Part shown: positions 62,296 to 64,000 of the stretch, one piece after another
Position numbering within the stretch: the first letter of the stretch is position 1
Layout: every line of letters starts with the position of its first letter
Assembly: GCF_001194135.2 (NCBI RefSeq)
Contig: NC_069002.1
Location: 30,848,622-30,912,621 of the forward strand
Source of the DNA: Octopus bimaculoides
Taxonomy: Eukaryota
Length of the DNA: 64,000 bases
Direction of reading: 5' to 3'
Translations under genes and position numbers: made by a program
The notes under the pieces: generated by a model
Told to the model about the DNA's origin: nothing
The model's database searches: none
What the model saw: the letters and a program-made list of their open reading frames with translations, nothing else

Positions 62296-62745
62296 TTCCT
62301 TCGTTCCAAAACAAGATTCACAAGTTATGAACTGATGTAAAGGTCAAAAGTGAAAGTAAACAATGAGTTCCCTCCTCCCTCCTTATCTTCTCATATTGGC
62401 TGACTCAACTCAAGGGATTTCTTAGAACGAGTCGGACACACAGAGAAACTTGTTGTATATGACAAATACTTCTGTTGTTATTACGTCATTCGACTGAATG
62501 ACTGTTGGCCATCCCTCATTCTGACTAATTGGTACAGAAGTATATGCATTATGTGATGATCGCTCCCGTCAGTTCCAACCGATGAGTGTTTGAAAGAGAG
62601 GACTGAAAATTAAAGAGAGAAATAGAAAGAAAAAAAACACTAAGAATATATATATATAATAGGCACAGGAGTGGTTGTGTGGAACTTTCTAGGGGCAATC
62701 CCATGGTCGTTCATGAGCGAAGGGTGTCTTTACCCTTTTACATAT

Positions 62746-63161
62746 CTCTTTTACTCTTTTACTCTTTTACTTGTTTCAGTCATTTGACTGCGGCCATGCT
62801 GGAGCACCGCCTTTAGTCGATTCAAATCGACCCCAGGACTTATTCTTTGTAAGCCTAGTACTTATTCTATCGGTCTCTTTTTGCCGAACCGCTAAGTTAC
62901 GGGGACGTAAACACACCAGCATCGGTTGTCAAGTGATGGTGGGGGGACAAACACAGACACACAAACATATATATATATATATATATATAAATACATATAT
63001 ACGACAGGCTTCTTTCAGTTTCCGTCTACCAAATCCACTCACAAGGCTTTGGTCGGCCTGAGGCTATAGTAGAAGACACTTGCCCAAGGTGCCACGCAGT
63101 AGGACTGAACCCAGAACCATGTGGTTGGTAAGCAAGCTACTTACCACACAGCCACTCCTGC
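62746..63161 (-). mobile_element. SINE family A, full length, young
   Basis: (CTCTTTTA)3 tail, complete body, internal (TA)n and head ...CACACAGCCACTCCTGC. Confidence 0.93.
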
Positions 63162-63704
63162 ATAAAAATATGTAAACATATATATGTACACATATATACA
63201 TATGTATACATGTTTGTGTATGTATGTCTACAATGCTTGTAGTGTAGGAGTGAATGATTCCAATACAAGGCAAAGTTAAAGTCTGAATATTGAACAATAG
63301 AATCTGCCATCGCAATTTGATGGGTCTGCAAGGAAGGAGTCCTGTGGTCAATTTCAATGTAAGAGATATCAGTCAAATTCCTTTAAATCAGGCTCTTTTG
63401 GCTTATAAAAAAACAAAAAAAACATGTGGGCAACAACATTATACGCTATTGTACTTGATATACATGAAGATGGGATAGTCATGGCCGGAATGATTTTGAT
63501 AATAGGTTTGCTGGATCAGGATAGGACTGGGGTTAAACAACAACAACAACAACCACCTCTGCTACATGTTTTGTCACTCACACTATGCATCTGGTCATCT
63601 ACTCTATGTGTTTGGTGGTCACTCACCCTACATGTTTGGTGGCATGTGCTGCATGTTTGACTGCCAAACACTTCACATTCGATCACTCACCTCACATGTT
63701 TGGT

Positions 63705-64000
63705 CAGTCAGGGAGGGAGTGAGCGATGGAGGGTGGGAAGGTGGATGGGAGCGAGAGAGGGAGTGAGTGAGGATGGGAGGAAGTGATAGAGAGAGGGAGT
63801 GAGGGAGTGAATGAAGGAATGAATGATAGAGGGTATGAGAGCAAGTGAGTTGAGTTTGTCAGAATGAATGTATGAGTGAGATTGGGTAAAGGAGAACTTA
63901 AATGAATGCTGGAGAGTTGTGAGGGCATGAGTGTTCGAGAGGATGAGTGATAGAGTGAGTGAGTGGTTGAATGCGAGTGTGACAAAGTGAGTGAATGGTT
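63705..64000. repeat. Purine-rich degenerate (GAGT/GAGG/GAAT)n tract
   Basis: Read directly from the sequence. Confidence 0.8.

Overview
This is eukaryotic, AT-rich, extremely microsatellite-dense DNA with about 20 assembly gaps. The SINE families look like those of an octopus (coleoid cephalopod) draft scaffold; that attribution comes from recognising repeat families, not from a search. No complete protein-coding gene is visible, and almost every ORF in the supplied track is a microsatellite or N-gap artefact. The window is a transposon graveyard. It holds at least five families of short retroposons and decayed RTE, CR1/L2-like and Penelope-like coding remnants. It also holds Tc1/mariner, pogo-like and TTAA-flanked (piggyBac-like) non-autonomous elements, a Helentron/DINE-1-like element, and several minisatellite arrays. 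Two signals stand out. First, there are four to five unrelated short elements carrying minimal, Penelope-type hammerhead ribozyme folds. Two have intact catalytic cores (8.86 kb and 51.04 kb), two sit inside 62-80 bp inverted repeats that start at the predicted cleavage site, and all lie on the minus strand. Second, there are sparse plus-strand splice signatures: a 43-nt candidate coding exon, two candidate microexons and a textbook AG|GTAAGT recursive-splice-like site. Together these suggest the window is mostly intron of a long plus-strand gene that I cannot name. All exon and ribozyme-activity claims are predictions from reading the sequence.
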